NCBI RefSeq assembly: GCF_018350175.1 | Contig: NC_058368.1 | Location: forward strand, 55,306,001 to 55,370,000 | DNA: 64,000 nt | Source: Felis catus | Lineage: Eukaryota | Reading direction: 5' to 3' | Part shown: piece by piece, positions 12,422 to 25,324 of the stretch | Layout of the letters: each line of letters begins with the position of its first letter | How positions within the stretch are numbered: position 1 is the first letter of the stretch | Notes under the pieces: model-generated | The model's input: the letters and a program-made list of their open reading frames with translations, nothing else | Databases searched by the model: none | What the model was told of the DNA's origin: nothing | Position numbers and translations under genes: made by a program

Positions 12422-13786
12422 GGAGGGGCTGGCGTTTTTATCCATTCCATCCCCTTAGGTCTTTTGAATAGAGCATTTAGCATTTACATTCAAAATAATT
12501 ATTGACAGATATGTATTTATTGCCAATTTGTTATTTGCTTTGAGTTTGTTTTTATAGATATTCTCTGTTCCTTTCTTCCCTTGCTCTCTTCTCTCACAAT
12601 AAATTGGTTTTCTTTAGTGACATAGTTGTATTCTTTTTTCTTTATATTTTGCATATGTATTACTGTTTTTTGATTGTTGGTTACCATTAGGTTTGTATAT
12701 AACATTTTCTGCATATAACAGTCTATGTTAAGTTAATGGTCGCTGAAATTTGAACCCATTCTTTGCTTCTTTCCCCACCATGTTTTAGATATATGTTGTC
12801 ATGCTTTACATACTTTAATTTTGCAAGCCTCTAAACTGATTTTTGCAGATAAACTTATATTTATTACTTTTGTGCTTTCTACTTTTCTTACTCTTATTTA
12901 TCATCTTTCCTTTCCACTCAAAGAATCCTCTTTAAAATTTCTTGTAATGCTGATTTTAGTGGTCATGAACTCCTTTAACTTTTGTTTGGGAGATTCTTTA
13001 TCTCTCCTTCTATTCTGAATCATACCCTTGCTACATAGAATGTTCTTGACTGTGTTTTTGTTTTTATTTTCCTTTCAGCATTTTGAATATAGCATGCCAC
13101 TCCATCCTGGCCTGCAAAGTTTCTGCTGAAAAGTCCACTGATAGCCTAATGGGGTTTCCCTTGTATGTATGCTGATTCATTCTTCCATATCTGGAACAAC
13201 TACTCAGATCATCTAACTGCTAATACTACCACGACTAGAAATGTGGTCATCTCTAATTTGTGATCTAACTAGGACAATGTCTGTTTTGCTTAGGAATGTT
13301 GACAGAGAATGTTCAATCCTGCCTAAGATAAATTAAAGTCTTATGTTTGATAAGCAACTCCCTTTTATCTGCCCTGCAGGCAATTACTTTTCTTCTTAAG
13401 TGTTCTAGTACATTGGAATGATTTTTTGTGAGTGTGCCTCTGAACCAAAAATCTGATACTCGACAAGATGTTTCTTTCTGACTTTTTTTAATCTTGTCTT
13501 ATCTCTGGGTGTTGTCACAATTTGGATTTTGCTTTGTATTATTATTTTAGCTATTTCTTTTGCTTTGAATATTACTGTGGATGATATTTTTATATACCTC
13601 AAACCATTTATTTTCCTTACTCTGAATACTTTAAGGTTCTGGAGTTATATATCCTTTTTCCATTATAAGTAAGGCACACTTACAATGATATGTATTTAAA
13701 GAACAATTATTTTTGAAATTGTTTTAAGCCATTATGGTCTAGGCTATATCAGAATTGTTCTGATGCTTTATACACAATGTACTTTC

Positions 13787-13987
13787 TTTTTTGTTTATTT
13801 ATTTTTGAGAGAGAGAGAAAGAGCAGAAGTGGGGGAGGGGCAGAGAGAGGGAGACACAGAATCTGAAGCAGGTTCCAGGCTCTGAGCTGTCAGCAAACAG
13901 CCTGGTGCAGGCTCAGACCCTCAAACCATGAGATCATGACCTCAGCCAAAGTCAGATGTTTAACCAACTGAGCCATCCAGGTATTCC
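13787..13987 (-). mobile_element. CanSINE
   Basis: SINE body; TSD tgtactttc on both sides. Confidence 0.94.
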
Positions 13988-14029
13988 TGTACTTTCCTTT
14001 TTAAAAACACATCCGTACAACACCATACA

Positions 14030-14348
14030 CATCCATACAACACCCAGTGCTCATCACTACAAACACACTCCTTAATCCCCATCAACTATTTCACCCATCC
14101 CCCACCCACCTCCCCTCTCATAACCATGGGTTTGATCTGTATAGTTAAGAGTTTGTTTCTTGGTTTGCCTCTCTTTCTCTTTTTTTTCCCTTTTATGCTC
14201 ATTTGTTTTGTTTCTTAAATTCCACATATGGATGAAATCATATGGTATTTGTCTCTCTCTGGCTTATTTTGCTTAGTATTATACTCTGTAGCTTCATCTG
14301 CGTCATTGCAAATGGCAAGATTTCTTTTTTTTTTTTTTATGGCTGAGT

Positions 14349-14393
<45 letters not shown>

Positions 14394-14757
14394 CCACATC
14401 TTCTTTATCCATTCACTAATTGGTGGGCACTTGGGTTGTTTCCACAGTTAGGCTATTGTACATAATGCTGCTGTAAATATTGGGGCATGTGAGATATCAC
14501 CTCACATCTTTCAGAATGGCTAAAATCAATAATACAAGAAAAAACAGGTGTTGGTGAGGATGTTTTGTGTGTAAGAGTTTTGTATATAAGAAAGGGAACC
14601 CTCTTGCACTGTTGGTGGGAATGCAAACTGGTGCAGCCACTGTGGAAAGCAGTATAGACTTTCCTCAGAAAGTTAAAAATAGAACTAGCCTATGATCACA
14701 ATTATGCTACTATACAATTGAACCACCCAAAGAATACAAAAATGCTAATTCAAAGAA
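14030..14757 (-). mobile_element. Carnivore L1 3' fragment with 5' inversion (minus 14030-14489, plus 14490-14757)
   Basis: The minus-strand 3' UTR and ORF2 end switch at ...ttggggcatg|tgagatatcacc to plus-strand ORF2. The plus part ends ctaattcaaag, adjacent in L1 to the other breakpoint. Contains (GT)n at ~14351-14390. Confidence 0.88.
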
Positions 14758-15214
14758 TTTTTGTCCTTTAAGAGAAGGGTGTGTCTATAATTTTTTCTTT
14801 CTCATAACATTCCTGGGTTTTTCTCAGAAATTCAATAAAAAATTATTTTATATATTCCAAGTTGTAAAATAGTTTTATTCAGTAATGAGAAGAGTAATGA
14901 TTAGAAATACTATTTTTCAAATAATTTTTGTGATTAAAACAAAAAAGAACAAAAATATTTCCACAAAAAGCAATAATTTATTGAAAATTTATTATTTTAA
15001 TTTGTATATAATTAATGATTTATTCCTTAAACTTTGATTATTTTTCTTGTTACAAAATATTTGGTTATTAGAAATGCTTTAAAAGAATAAGCAGGATAGC
15101 ATAAATGTATTCCATCCTACTCATTTAGGCAAGACCATCATTAATCTTTTTTTTTTAAATATGCTTCAGTATCTTTCCTATGCCTAAATGTTTGTGTGTG
15201 TTTAGTGCTATATA

Positions 15215-15420
15215 TGACAGTAAGTTCTTAGATAGTGCTTACTAAATCCTTAGGGCAGGAACAGTTTTAAGTGGCTTAGATATATTAGCATTCATTATTC
15301 TGTCCATTTTACAAATGGAAACTATGGTACAGAACGCTTAAAAATTTGCTTGAAGTTTATTAGTGAGAAAAAGACCAGTATTAAAGGGAGGCCCATTATG
15401 CTCTTGCTATTAAACACAGT
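15215..15420 (-). mobile_element. MIR SINE
   Basis: MIR core-like tccattttacaaatggaaactatggtacagaacgcttaaaaatttgc. Confidence 0.65.
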
Positions 15421-16879
15421 TGTGTCTCTCATTCAGATATATTATTATTTTTTTAGAATAACATTTCATTCTAGATATTGTTTTATAACTAATCATAATG
15501 TTATCAATCCATTCCCTATTGTTGGATATATGAGCTATTCCAAATCATTTTATCATTGAATACTTAGGTTATTTTCAACTTTTTTACTATTGCTTAAAAT
15601 TCAGAGAAGGAATGAATTATTTAAAAAGAAGAGAAGAACCAAAATATTAAAAATTATATCTAATTTTAAAACATCTTTAAGATTTATAAAAGGAAGACAT
15701 GTTTTCTCAAATTTAAAAAAATTAAAATATAACAAAAGAAAGATTAATTTTTGACCACCAACATGTCATTTGAAAAAAACTTGTTTACTTATTCACCAAG
15801 TTTGTGCAAAATTATTATATTTTAAACAATTTATCCTTCCCTCTCTCAAAAATGTTATAATATGGAATAAATAACCTTCATTTTTATATCATGTCATATC
15901 CTATAAAAAACTTCACACAAGGTATATATTCTTACATATGTGCTATCAGTCAATGAAGTATTACAAACTATATTTTTCAGATTAGAATGAAGGATCCAAT
16001 GGAGATATATTTTGTTCCATGGCATATGACTAAGCAATGATGATACTAGCAAAGCAATTATGTCTTCCTGAGTTCTTACTAAGTCTATTCTCATATAAAA
16101 CCAATCTAGTATGTATTAATACAAGTAGCAAATATTGAGGACCAGCCAAAGCAAAGACTTCAAGATCCAATATTCAGAAAAGAATACAGATGATAATCTG
16201 TATGGATATGTTAGAGGAGGACCAATTATATAGCAAGAATGACTTCAGCATACTTATAATTTAAAAACTATAATACAAAAACAAACAATATTAGCTAACT
16301 GTCATTTAGCAGGTACCACATATCAGACTTTCTTTTAGGAGTTTTGTATATACAAACTCACTTATTCCATAGTACAAATGCCTTATTTCAAAGTAAAAAT
16401 TAGTTGGCATGGATGTCCCAGAGGTGTCACAAATGGCTGAATTAAAATAATTGTGGGCTAAGGATATGTACTCTTATATACAACAATTGAATACTGACAA
16501 GTGATAGTCTTTCTCAGAGATGCTCTCAATAAGAAGTTTAATCTTCAAGGATACTACATTAAGGAGAATAGGAAAATAATATACCACGGCACAGAAGCGA
16601 TATATCATGTATTATGGCCAAGAAGGATGATAAAGGGAACTTACTTATTAATCTTGATGTCTGAGATATGTGTCAATAATTTGGCTATTGTTCAAGTAAT
16701 GATGTTATTGACTATTAACTAAATGGACATGCAAAGAATTATATTCTTGCCACACAACATGCAATGATCCTGTTAAAACCTGAGAGAGATCTTGTCTTCG
16801 CTAACTAAAACCCTCCAATGTCTTTACATTTCTCACAGCACTTACAAATCCGTATCCTAGAACAAAGCTGATATCCCTT

Positions 16880-17070
16880 CTTTCATTTTCTCTCTCCTCT
16901 CTCTCTGTCTCTGCCTCTCTCTCTGTAGATAGATAGATAGATAGATAGATAATGTATCGATAGAGACAGATATACATATAGATATCTGATACATATGCAT
17001 ATAGAGACAGATATACATATGTATATATACATACACACACATATATATACACACACATATACATATATAT
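16880..17070. repeat. Compound (CT)n-(AGAT)n-(AT/AC)n microsatellite
   Basis: Direct reading. Confidence 0.92.
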
Positions 17071-17149
17071 CTTCACATTATCTTCTAATATATGATTTGT
17101 AAAACTAGATGGAAATATAACTGTTACAGGCAAGGCCGATAACCTCAAT

Positions 17150-19720
17150 GGATTAAGACTGGAATGATTGCTAATAGACCATGATTTCCAAGAGGTATGA
17201 TAAATGAAAACCAAACAAGGTGCTACTCCATTTATGTAACTGTGAAAAGTTGACAGCTGAGAAGCAGAAATTTGATATTACCCATCACAATGAAAATTCA
17301 GACCATCACTTCTTACATCAGAATTTATTCACAGTTCTGGACCTCAGTACTTGAAGGATAAATATTACCTTGAGAAAGGATGCTGCAATTCCCTTAAAAC
17401 TGTGCATTAAATATTTATCTAATACTTTTCAAAGAGACTGGCAATCATTTCCCAAGGCAAATATACACTTAGAAAAGGCAATATTGTGACTTTTTTTAAG
17501 GAATCATAATCTATATGATTCATAATCTAAGGTATGAAGTCTGAGCTAGTACTAATGCCTCATGACTGAAAACACTATTGTGATCAAAATTAGAGTGAGA
17601 AGTAATGAATATCACAAATGACAGTTTCACAGGGTGTCTAAGGGGAGCCTGTATTTATTTTCTTTATTCATTAATATATAATTGTAATATATGTACAATA
17701 TATACAATATATTACCAGCAGGGAGCACCTTAACATTTGCTCCTGATCTGGAGAATAAAGGTAATTTTGGCAGGAAGATTTGGTGGAAACTCATAAAAAT
17801 GTTAACTAATTATGCCATGATAGCAAATAAAAATCAGTGGTGCATTATGGAAGGAATTGTAGGAGTAATTGTCACAAATGTAGATGTGAAGTTTGCAAGT
17901 TTGTTGTCCTATCACATCCCTGTTAAATTTACTTGTCTTCCCTCTATAAACCAGCTGCATCATAGAATATGACTTCATACTACCACGGACCTAATTAGGT
18001 TGTAGTCTCCAATTCAGCTGCTGTGGAGGATGTAATATATTTACTGGAGCAATTAAAAAAATCTCTAGGACCTGATGTATGAATGTTTACTTGGCCAATA
18101 TTTTCATTTCTATACCCACCATTAGGGAAGATCAACATGACTTGGCTCTTATGTGACAAACCGCAGTATACTTTTATTTACTTAAATTAGAACTGTCAGC
18201 AGTCCAGCTCTGTGTCACAGTATAGTTCCTTAGGACCTTAATCATATTATAATTCTGTATATCTCATAATGTTAAAATGAAATTATAGCATTGTTTTAAT
18301 TGGACCTCATGTTAATTAGGTAACATTAGCTGGTGATTAAGAAATTGTAATTAAGCAAAACACCTTAGTAGGAAACATGTGGAACAGAAGTTGGAAAATA
18401 AACCAATGGGAATTAGCAAACCTGCTATTTGGTAGTTTTTAGGAGTCCAGTTCTTAGCAGCATAGCATGGTATGTCTGTTAGGTACAAGACACATTGCTG
18501 AATCTTGCATATCTCACCACTAAGAAAGATGCATAACACATTACCTTTCAGAGGTATCACATCCAATCTTGGATGTAGTAATATTGTCTATTATTGAGTT
18601 ATCTGGAAAGTTAAAGTTTTGAGTGGAGTCCAGAATAAGAAATGATTCTATACAAGGTCCAGACTGCAGTACAGATCACTTTGCTCTTTGAGACTTATGA
18701 TCCCACAGATATGATTGAGCTAAAAGTATCTGTGGTAGTTTTCAAGATATCATGTGATATTTCCGGTAAACCCCAATAGAAGAGTTGAAGTTCAGTACTT
18801 GTATTAGTTATTTATTACTGTGTAAAAAGTTATCTCGGATTACCTCAAATGTGCTTTAACCAACAAATGTTTATATATCTCATATCTTTTGTGGGTCAAG
18901 AATCTGGCCATGGTATTGCTAGGTACATATGTTTCAGTCTCTCTCACAAGGGTCTAGCCAGGGAAAGAGTATCATCTGAAGGCTCAGTAAAAGGGTACTT
19001 CCAAGTTTATTCTCATGGCTATTGTTAGCATTCAGTTTCTTATGAAATGTTGGACTGAGGGCTTCAATTCCTTGTTTCTCATGAAATGTTGGACTTCAAT
19101 TCAGTTTCTTATGAAATGTTGAACCAAAGGCAGAAATTCCTAGCTGTTAGCCAGAGACCTTCTTAGCCACTTGGATCTCTTGGTAGGCCAGCTTTCAATA
19201 TGGTAGATCATTTCTACTCTGAACAAGTGAGAGATACAGTGAGAAAGAGCACACAACATGGATGCCAGAGTCTCTTTGTAATGTAATCTCAGAACATATT
19301 TTCCATAAACTTTTATGCAGTGCATTCATCATAGTGGGTCACAAGATTCAATTTATACTCAGGTGATATAGCATTAGACAATGGTGGGAATATCAATAGA
19401 AAAAAATAATTCATATACATCTTGGCAGCTGCCTACTACATTTTTCTTAGGGTTTGGGAGCAAAGTTATCATTACTTTCCCAGTAGAGAAATACCCTCTA
19501 TTAATAAATAAATACATATGGTATGCCAGAAGATTCTTAGTAAAGTGTGATGAGGTGATACTAGAACATTAAATGATCATACATCCTGAGCTGCCTATTA
19601 GGAACTAGATATTATCTGATTTACTGTGTCAAAAGATGGAGACTGTACATTAAAGACTGGGATCAATCAGGCCCAGAAGAAGCCTTAGATTTAGTGTATA
19701 AATCTAAATATCTATGCACT
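17150..19720 (+). mobile_element. Decayed ERVL (class III ERV) internal region, pol/RT, interrupted by MLT1
   Basis: Manual translation of ~17965-18240 with frameshifts gives MTSYYHGPN*VVV...SAAVEDVIYLLEQLKKSLG..YLANIFISIPTIREDQ..SPALCHSIV. This resembles ERVL RT WRMTVDY..AAAVPDVVSLLEQIN..DLANAFFSIP..SPALCHN. The 5' boundary is uncertain and may extend to ~16130. Confidence 0.8.
18800..19440 (-). mobile_element. MLT1-type (ERVL-MaLR) solo LTR nested in ERVL pol
   Basis: tgtattagttatttattactgtgtaa ... tgtgggtcaagaatctgg ... tcatctgaaggctca ... gcagctgcctactaca. Confidence 0.8.
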
Positions 19721-19879
19721 ATTGATTAGTTCAGCTTCCTACACAACATCATCTCTGAACAATGGTGTCATTACACAGAAAAAAGAGGTTAACGATGAGA
19801 TCATGGAAACCCAATCATACAGAAACAAGAGTCCTGAAGTAAACTGTATCACACTTTTGAAGACTCAGCTAAGAACCCC

Positions 19880-20227
19880 TGCACTGTGGTGGCACTGCCC
19901 TTTAGGGGATGGTTCACATGCATATGAAGCTTTTCCAAAGCAAACTTCAACAAAACACTGATTGAGACTGGTGAATAAGTACATCATCTTATGGAATAGC
20001 TATGAGCTGTGATCTGAGTTTTACATTGTTTCTCAGAAAATCTCAGAAGAACTGAGCATGAAGTCTCACTTAGTGATGGCTGACTTGATAGCATGCCTGT
20101 CATAAGCTAGTTTCTTCTCTTTATTTAACTTCACACTTCACTGTGGTTCTCACACCTTCAAAATAAACTACTTGTGATTAAATCATCGTCTTGAGGTGTG
20201 CATCAGTAGGAATCCAAACCAAACCAA
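19880..20227 (+). mobile_element. ERVL-type LTR (LTR16/LTR41-like), probable 3' LTR of the provirus
   Basis: 3' end aataaactacttgtgattaaatcatcgtcttgaggtgtgcatcagtaggaatccaaaccaaacca resembles ERVL LTR termini. The 5' boundary is approximate. Confidence 0.6.
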
Positions 20228-23025
20228 ATGGCATTTAGTGTCCTGAGCAGCTCCTAAGGACCAGATATAATTAATGAGTATGGTGGAGGTAATGACTCAT
20301 GAAGTGAACAGTAAAAAATAAGAAATACAAAATGGGAGGGAACTATGCAGAGATATTCACCTTGCATTATTTCTTCCATGGACAGGTTCAAGATGTGTTT
20401 TATTCACTTGATCATTTTATAGAACTCTCACATAACAACCAAATATTTGCTTTGCTTTCATAGTTCACTCTCAAATATAAGCCAATGCTGAAATGCATCT
20501 TATCTCAATACTTAACATCTTTTCTTGACTGATATTCCATCTCTTTTACTTTCCCTCACTGCTAAGGGCTTGTATCTCTGTGATAAATGTGTGTATGTAA
20601 TACTTTAATTGGATTCTAATTTTAGCTTTCATTTAAGACTGTAAACAAGGCAAAGATAGTTTTGCCTGGGATGAGGATCTTAACTGGCAATTCACTCTAG
20701 TATTGTAGGATCCCGAATCTTATAGGATATGAACGATACAGATGCAGCCTGACAGTATGTGGTTAATACACACAAAATCTAATTTTGTCTTTGGCTAGTC
20801 TTGAATATGAGACATATGAGCCATAAGAGGCTTTATAAAATTGAATTTTAGAAAACATGTAACTTATGAAGATATTTTACAAAATATAAATTTTATAATA
20901 TGCCATGAAAAATTAATTAATCTATTAGAAAAGGATAACTTTATCTAACTTAATTGTACCTTGAACTTTAAATTAAGAAATTCATTCTAGCTGTCTAAAA
21001 TTATGAAAAATTCCTAGTGTTATTACATATCTTATAAAAAAGAGTCACTGGATCTTCTTAAAAGTTATATTAACTTCATAAAATAGTCTTTGGTTTATAC
21101 GTTTTAACTCAATTTACACTATCTGAATGTTGGTATAAAGAACACAAGGAAAAAATAAATTATTTTTGTATTTATAAAATATAAATATTTTTTTAAAATT
21201 TAAATCATTTGATATTAGTAAAATATTTTAAATATTTTTATTTTACTTGACCATATTATAATATTACACAGGATTGTGTTTATTAAGTATGAACTCTAAT
21301 TTGCATAAAACTCAATGAGTAAGCAGTAGTATATATTTAAGAACACAAAGTAATACATTTGCATTCATTATGTATGTATACATGTAGGTATGTATGTATT
21401 TATGCCCTCCAGAAAGGTTGTGAAATAGCATACAGAAATAAGTACAATCCCATCAAATAAAACAATCAAAATAAATATTGATGAGATATGTAGGCAAAGA
21501 AATAAATAATTGAAAACACACAATGGAGATATAAATAAACTTAGATAAAAAATGCATGGTAAAATTATATATATTTTATATCAGGCCCAATGAAATATGA
21601 GTATACTTTTCCTAATACTGAGTCCAGCAATTTCATGAATATAGTACAGGGGAAATTAAAGTAAATTTAAAAATTAATATTAAAAAATTTCATAAATACC
21701 CAAAGCAAAAACCTTTTGATTAAACAATGAAATTTATAATTATAAATATGTGGACAAGGATCATACTTCATATTTAAAGAAGCTTCACATGTTTTATATG
21801 ACATGAATCTCTAAGCAGGAACCGTTTTATCCTGGGAGATAATTCCCAGAAGATTTACATCATCCTTCCTAGCAGGGTTCTAAATCCAAAGTATGAAAGT
21901 TAAATGAATTCTCTAACCAGCAAACACCAAGCTCCATTCCCTCCATATCAACCCCTTGCCCTACACACATATTTTTTTCTTAAGTTCCAATATTCTCAAT
22001 AATTGTTGATTGCATACAGCACTTGTCAAATAAAGACTATTTCAACGGGAGCACTAATGTAATATCCTGACAATTCCTATTTCAAACATCTGAGGTTCCT
22101 TCCATGTTCTCATTAACAATGTCATTGATAAGAAGACTGAAAATAGCCACAATCCATCAGTAAATTCTTACAAATGTATTAAGATGGAAGCTGGACTGAA
22201 ATGATAGTGGGTGCCTAATTAAGAGAAGAATTATATGTATAATAGTCCCACAATGTTTTTCCCCACAAGGGAAAATTGTCAAGATAACAGATCCAGCAAT
22301 ACTTCCCAAAAGAATACACATAGCAGAGAGAATCTCAGAGCCATTGGGGATGTGTAATGAATTACAAGCAGGGAAAAATAAGTTATCATCATAGTATTAT
22401 AGCAGAAATTTGAATGGAGAAGGGGATTGCTTTAGCAGATGGGGTAAGTAGAAAACATTGAGCACATGTTGAAGAATCTAAAAAGATTGCTAGTTATCAC
22501 CATGCACTAGACAACTAATCATTGTTCAAGGATTCTCAAGTGTGAAGACTTTTGTTTTTACTTTATTTGTTTTCAACACCACAGAGAGATCCAGACATCA
22601 GGAGTTCTAATTTTTATGCAAGTTAGAATTTGGGGACACAATCTAGGATTTGGAACATGGGGAAACACATAGTTGCTATATAACATCTATTCTGCTCTTC
22701 TATCTTACTAATGGAGATCTGGTATTGTTGTTACCTGGGGGTTGGGGGGGGGGAGTCATGTGTCCAAATTAAAATAAAACCCAAAAACACAACTTCCTAG
22801 AATTTTAAAGATAGGCATGTCCAGGTCTCACAGTTTTGCGAGTGACAAATCAGCACAAATCCATTAAATATTTCTAGTTGTTTAGCTTTCCGGACAGGGT
22901 ATTCACCTCTTTACTCCTTGATTATTCTTACTATCTAATAAACAGATATAAATTTAGAGATATATCAGATGTCTCTACTATGAAGCAACTGAAGTTAAAG
23001 AGCTACAATGAGAATAGGATAACAG

Positions 23026-23140
23026 AGGAAAGAAGGAAGGAAGGTAGGAAGGAAGGAAGGAAGGAAGGAAGGAAGGAAGGAAGGAAGGAAAGAAGGGAGG
23101 GAAGAAGGGAGACAGGGATAGAGGGAAGAAAGAAAGGAAT
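23026..23140. repeat. (GGAA)n purine-rich repeat
   Basis: Direct reading. Confidence 0.95.
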
Positions 23141-23374
23141 AAGCTAAGAGATTAATGGCATCATGGTACATATTTAAAAACTTATAATAGATTGCTTGTT
23201 ATATGATCAAAATAAGCCCTATTTGATTAAGCCACTGCAGCTTCACTTGTTGTAGGAAATAACTTCTAAGTCATACAAAACCTATTTGTTCTACTAAGCA
23301 ATTATCATGTTGGAGGTGAGCCATGAATATGGTCAACAAAGTCATCCATTTTCCAAAGATTTGCAATATATAAT

Positions 23375-23375
<1 letters not shown>

Positions 23376-23417
<42 letters not shown>
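23376..23417. repeat. (CA)n microsatellite
   Basis: Direct reading. Confidence 0.96.
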
Positions 23418-23418
<1 letters not shown>

Positions 23419-24140
23419 GAATTTCAAGAAGGTGTCATAGTGTCTCTTATTACATTGCTAAATATCGTACATGTATTTTGGATATATTGTTTAGCTCAGA
23501 TACATTTGGGGAAAATGCATTGTTAGGGATGGATGTTAAAATTAAAAGATTCATACAATAATAAATGCCTAGATATCTTTAAGTACAGTTTTTACTTGGC
23601 AATTGCTTTTAAATCAGTGTAGAAGTACATTTTAGGAATTAAAAGTGATTTCTAAAAAGGAAAAAGAGGTTAATAGCAAACATTTTTAAAAAGTTTCAAA
23701 CTCTTAGAAAAATAGCTGAGACTATGTTATCTGAAGTGGTTTCTTTGGGGCTTGTGATGAAGTGCTACTTGGAAACTATTACAGGTTAATTACTATGCAA
23801 AAATGTGAGAAGTTTACCAATGAAATAAATCCAGAGACTTGAAAACAAACCTTGAACAGCATTCATCCATACAGTGTATTGAAATTACATATGTATGCAA
23901 GTGTGTGTGTGAGTGTGTGTGTGAGAGAGAGAGAGAGCACACGCACTTGCTATCCAGGCATGATATACTGGCTTGTAAGTGTGAATTTATCAGATGTTGC
24001 AAGCAACTAACTAAAGGGCAAACTTGTTTGAAAAGATTTGAAATGTTTTTGCTTGCACAATTTTAAAATAATTAAGCCAATATTTAAAAATAAACACTGA
24101 AATTCTTAGTTGTACAATGAAATTGAAACATCACACTTTC

Positions 24141-24165
24141 TTTTTTTAAATGCTTATTTATTTAT

Positions 24166-24221
<56 letters not shown>

Positions 24222-24385
24222 TAGGGAAAGTGCAGAGAGAGAGGGAGACAGGGAGAATACCAAGCAGGCTGCACACTCCCAGTGTAGAGACTGACTTGGG
24301 TCTCCAACACACTAACCATGAGATCATGACCTAAGCCGAAACCAAGAGCCCGACACTTAACTGACTGAGCCACCCAGGCACTCCT
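24141..24385 (-). mobile_element. CanSINE with long (GA)n
   Basis: TSD tgaaacatcaca(c/t)tttct; head gactgagccacccaggcactcc. Confidence 0.95.
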
Positions 24386-25056
24386 GAAACATCACATTTT
24401 CTACCTTCCATGAAATTAATTGGAACATGTGGCATACATTTCTGTATGACAGTAGTCAACTAGATATGAGTAGTGACTTAACCCTCTTAATCCTATGTGT
24501 ATTTACTTGCAAATGCCTTCTTCATATTGCAATGTAAGAACTTCCATATATATATATTGCTTACTCAGGACTGCAAGTTACCTTATTCTTGTATATTTGC
24601 AGACTCATATCACATATTGATCATGACATGTTTCAATGAAGCATTTACCTCATTTGAGGGAATAGCAGCATGATAGATTTTGATGATAGTTTAACACAAA
24701 TATATCTTCATGAGAGAGGAAAATATTCTCTCCCTCTCTCTTTCTTTCATATATGTGTATGTGTGTAGAGTCACATAAACAGAAAGAAGTCCATTTACAG
24801 CAATCATCCATTAGAGTTTGGTAAAGTGATACTAGTGGAATAAAAAATGTTTGAATGTGGACATTTAAGGACCAAAATTAAGAATTGGTGAGAATCTTGG
24901 AAAGGTTTAAAATTATTCTTTATATTCTTTATTATGTTTAATTTTATTAGGACTGAGCGGAAAAATAGCTGATATGATAGCTGCTGTCAGAGAATTAGTC
25001 CAGCTGTTACAGTCATAGTTGACCAGAGTGGACTAAAAGCAAGAACACCACCATAG

Positions 25057-25059
25057 AGA

Positions 25060-25136
<77 letters not shown>

Positions 25137-25250
25137 GGTGAGGAAGGAAGGAAGGAAGGAAGGAAGGAAGGAAGGAAGGAAGGAAAGAAGGAAGGAAGAA
25201 GGGAGAAAGGGAGGGAGGAAGGAAGGAGGGAGGAAGGAAGGCAGGCAGGC
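25057..25250. repeat. (GAAA)n-(GGAA)n compound repeat
   Basis: Direct reading. Confidence 0.96.
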
Positions 25251-25324
25251 ACGCAAGCTTTTAGGATTTTCAAGACTCTTACAAGAGGTCAGGCACATAA
25301 TATCATTTATAATATTATACCCTT

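Larger units (their letters stand above)
7435..13170 (-). mobile_element. Carnivore L1, ~5.7 kb span (3' UTR, decayed ORF2, 3' part of ORF1), 5'-truncated
   Basis: Poly-T and 3' UTR at 7435-7800. ORF2 peptides include [12 protein letters not shown] (9763-10071) and endonuclease DLTDIFRIFHP...FSRIDYIL (11624-11827). ORF2 start region near 12520, ORF1 tail to ~13170. Many stops and frameshifts; three nested SINEs. Confidence 0.95.
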
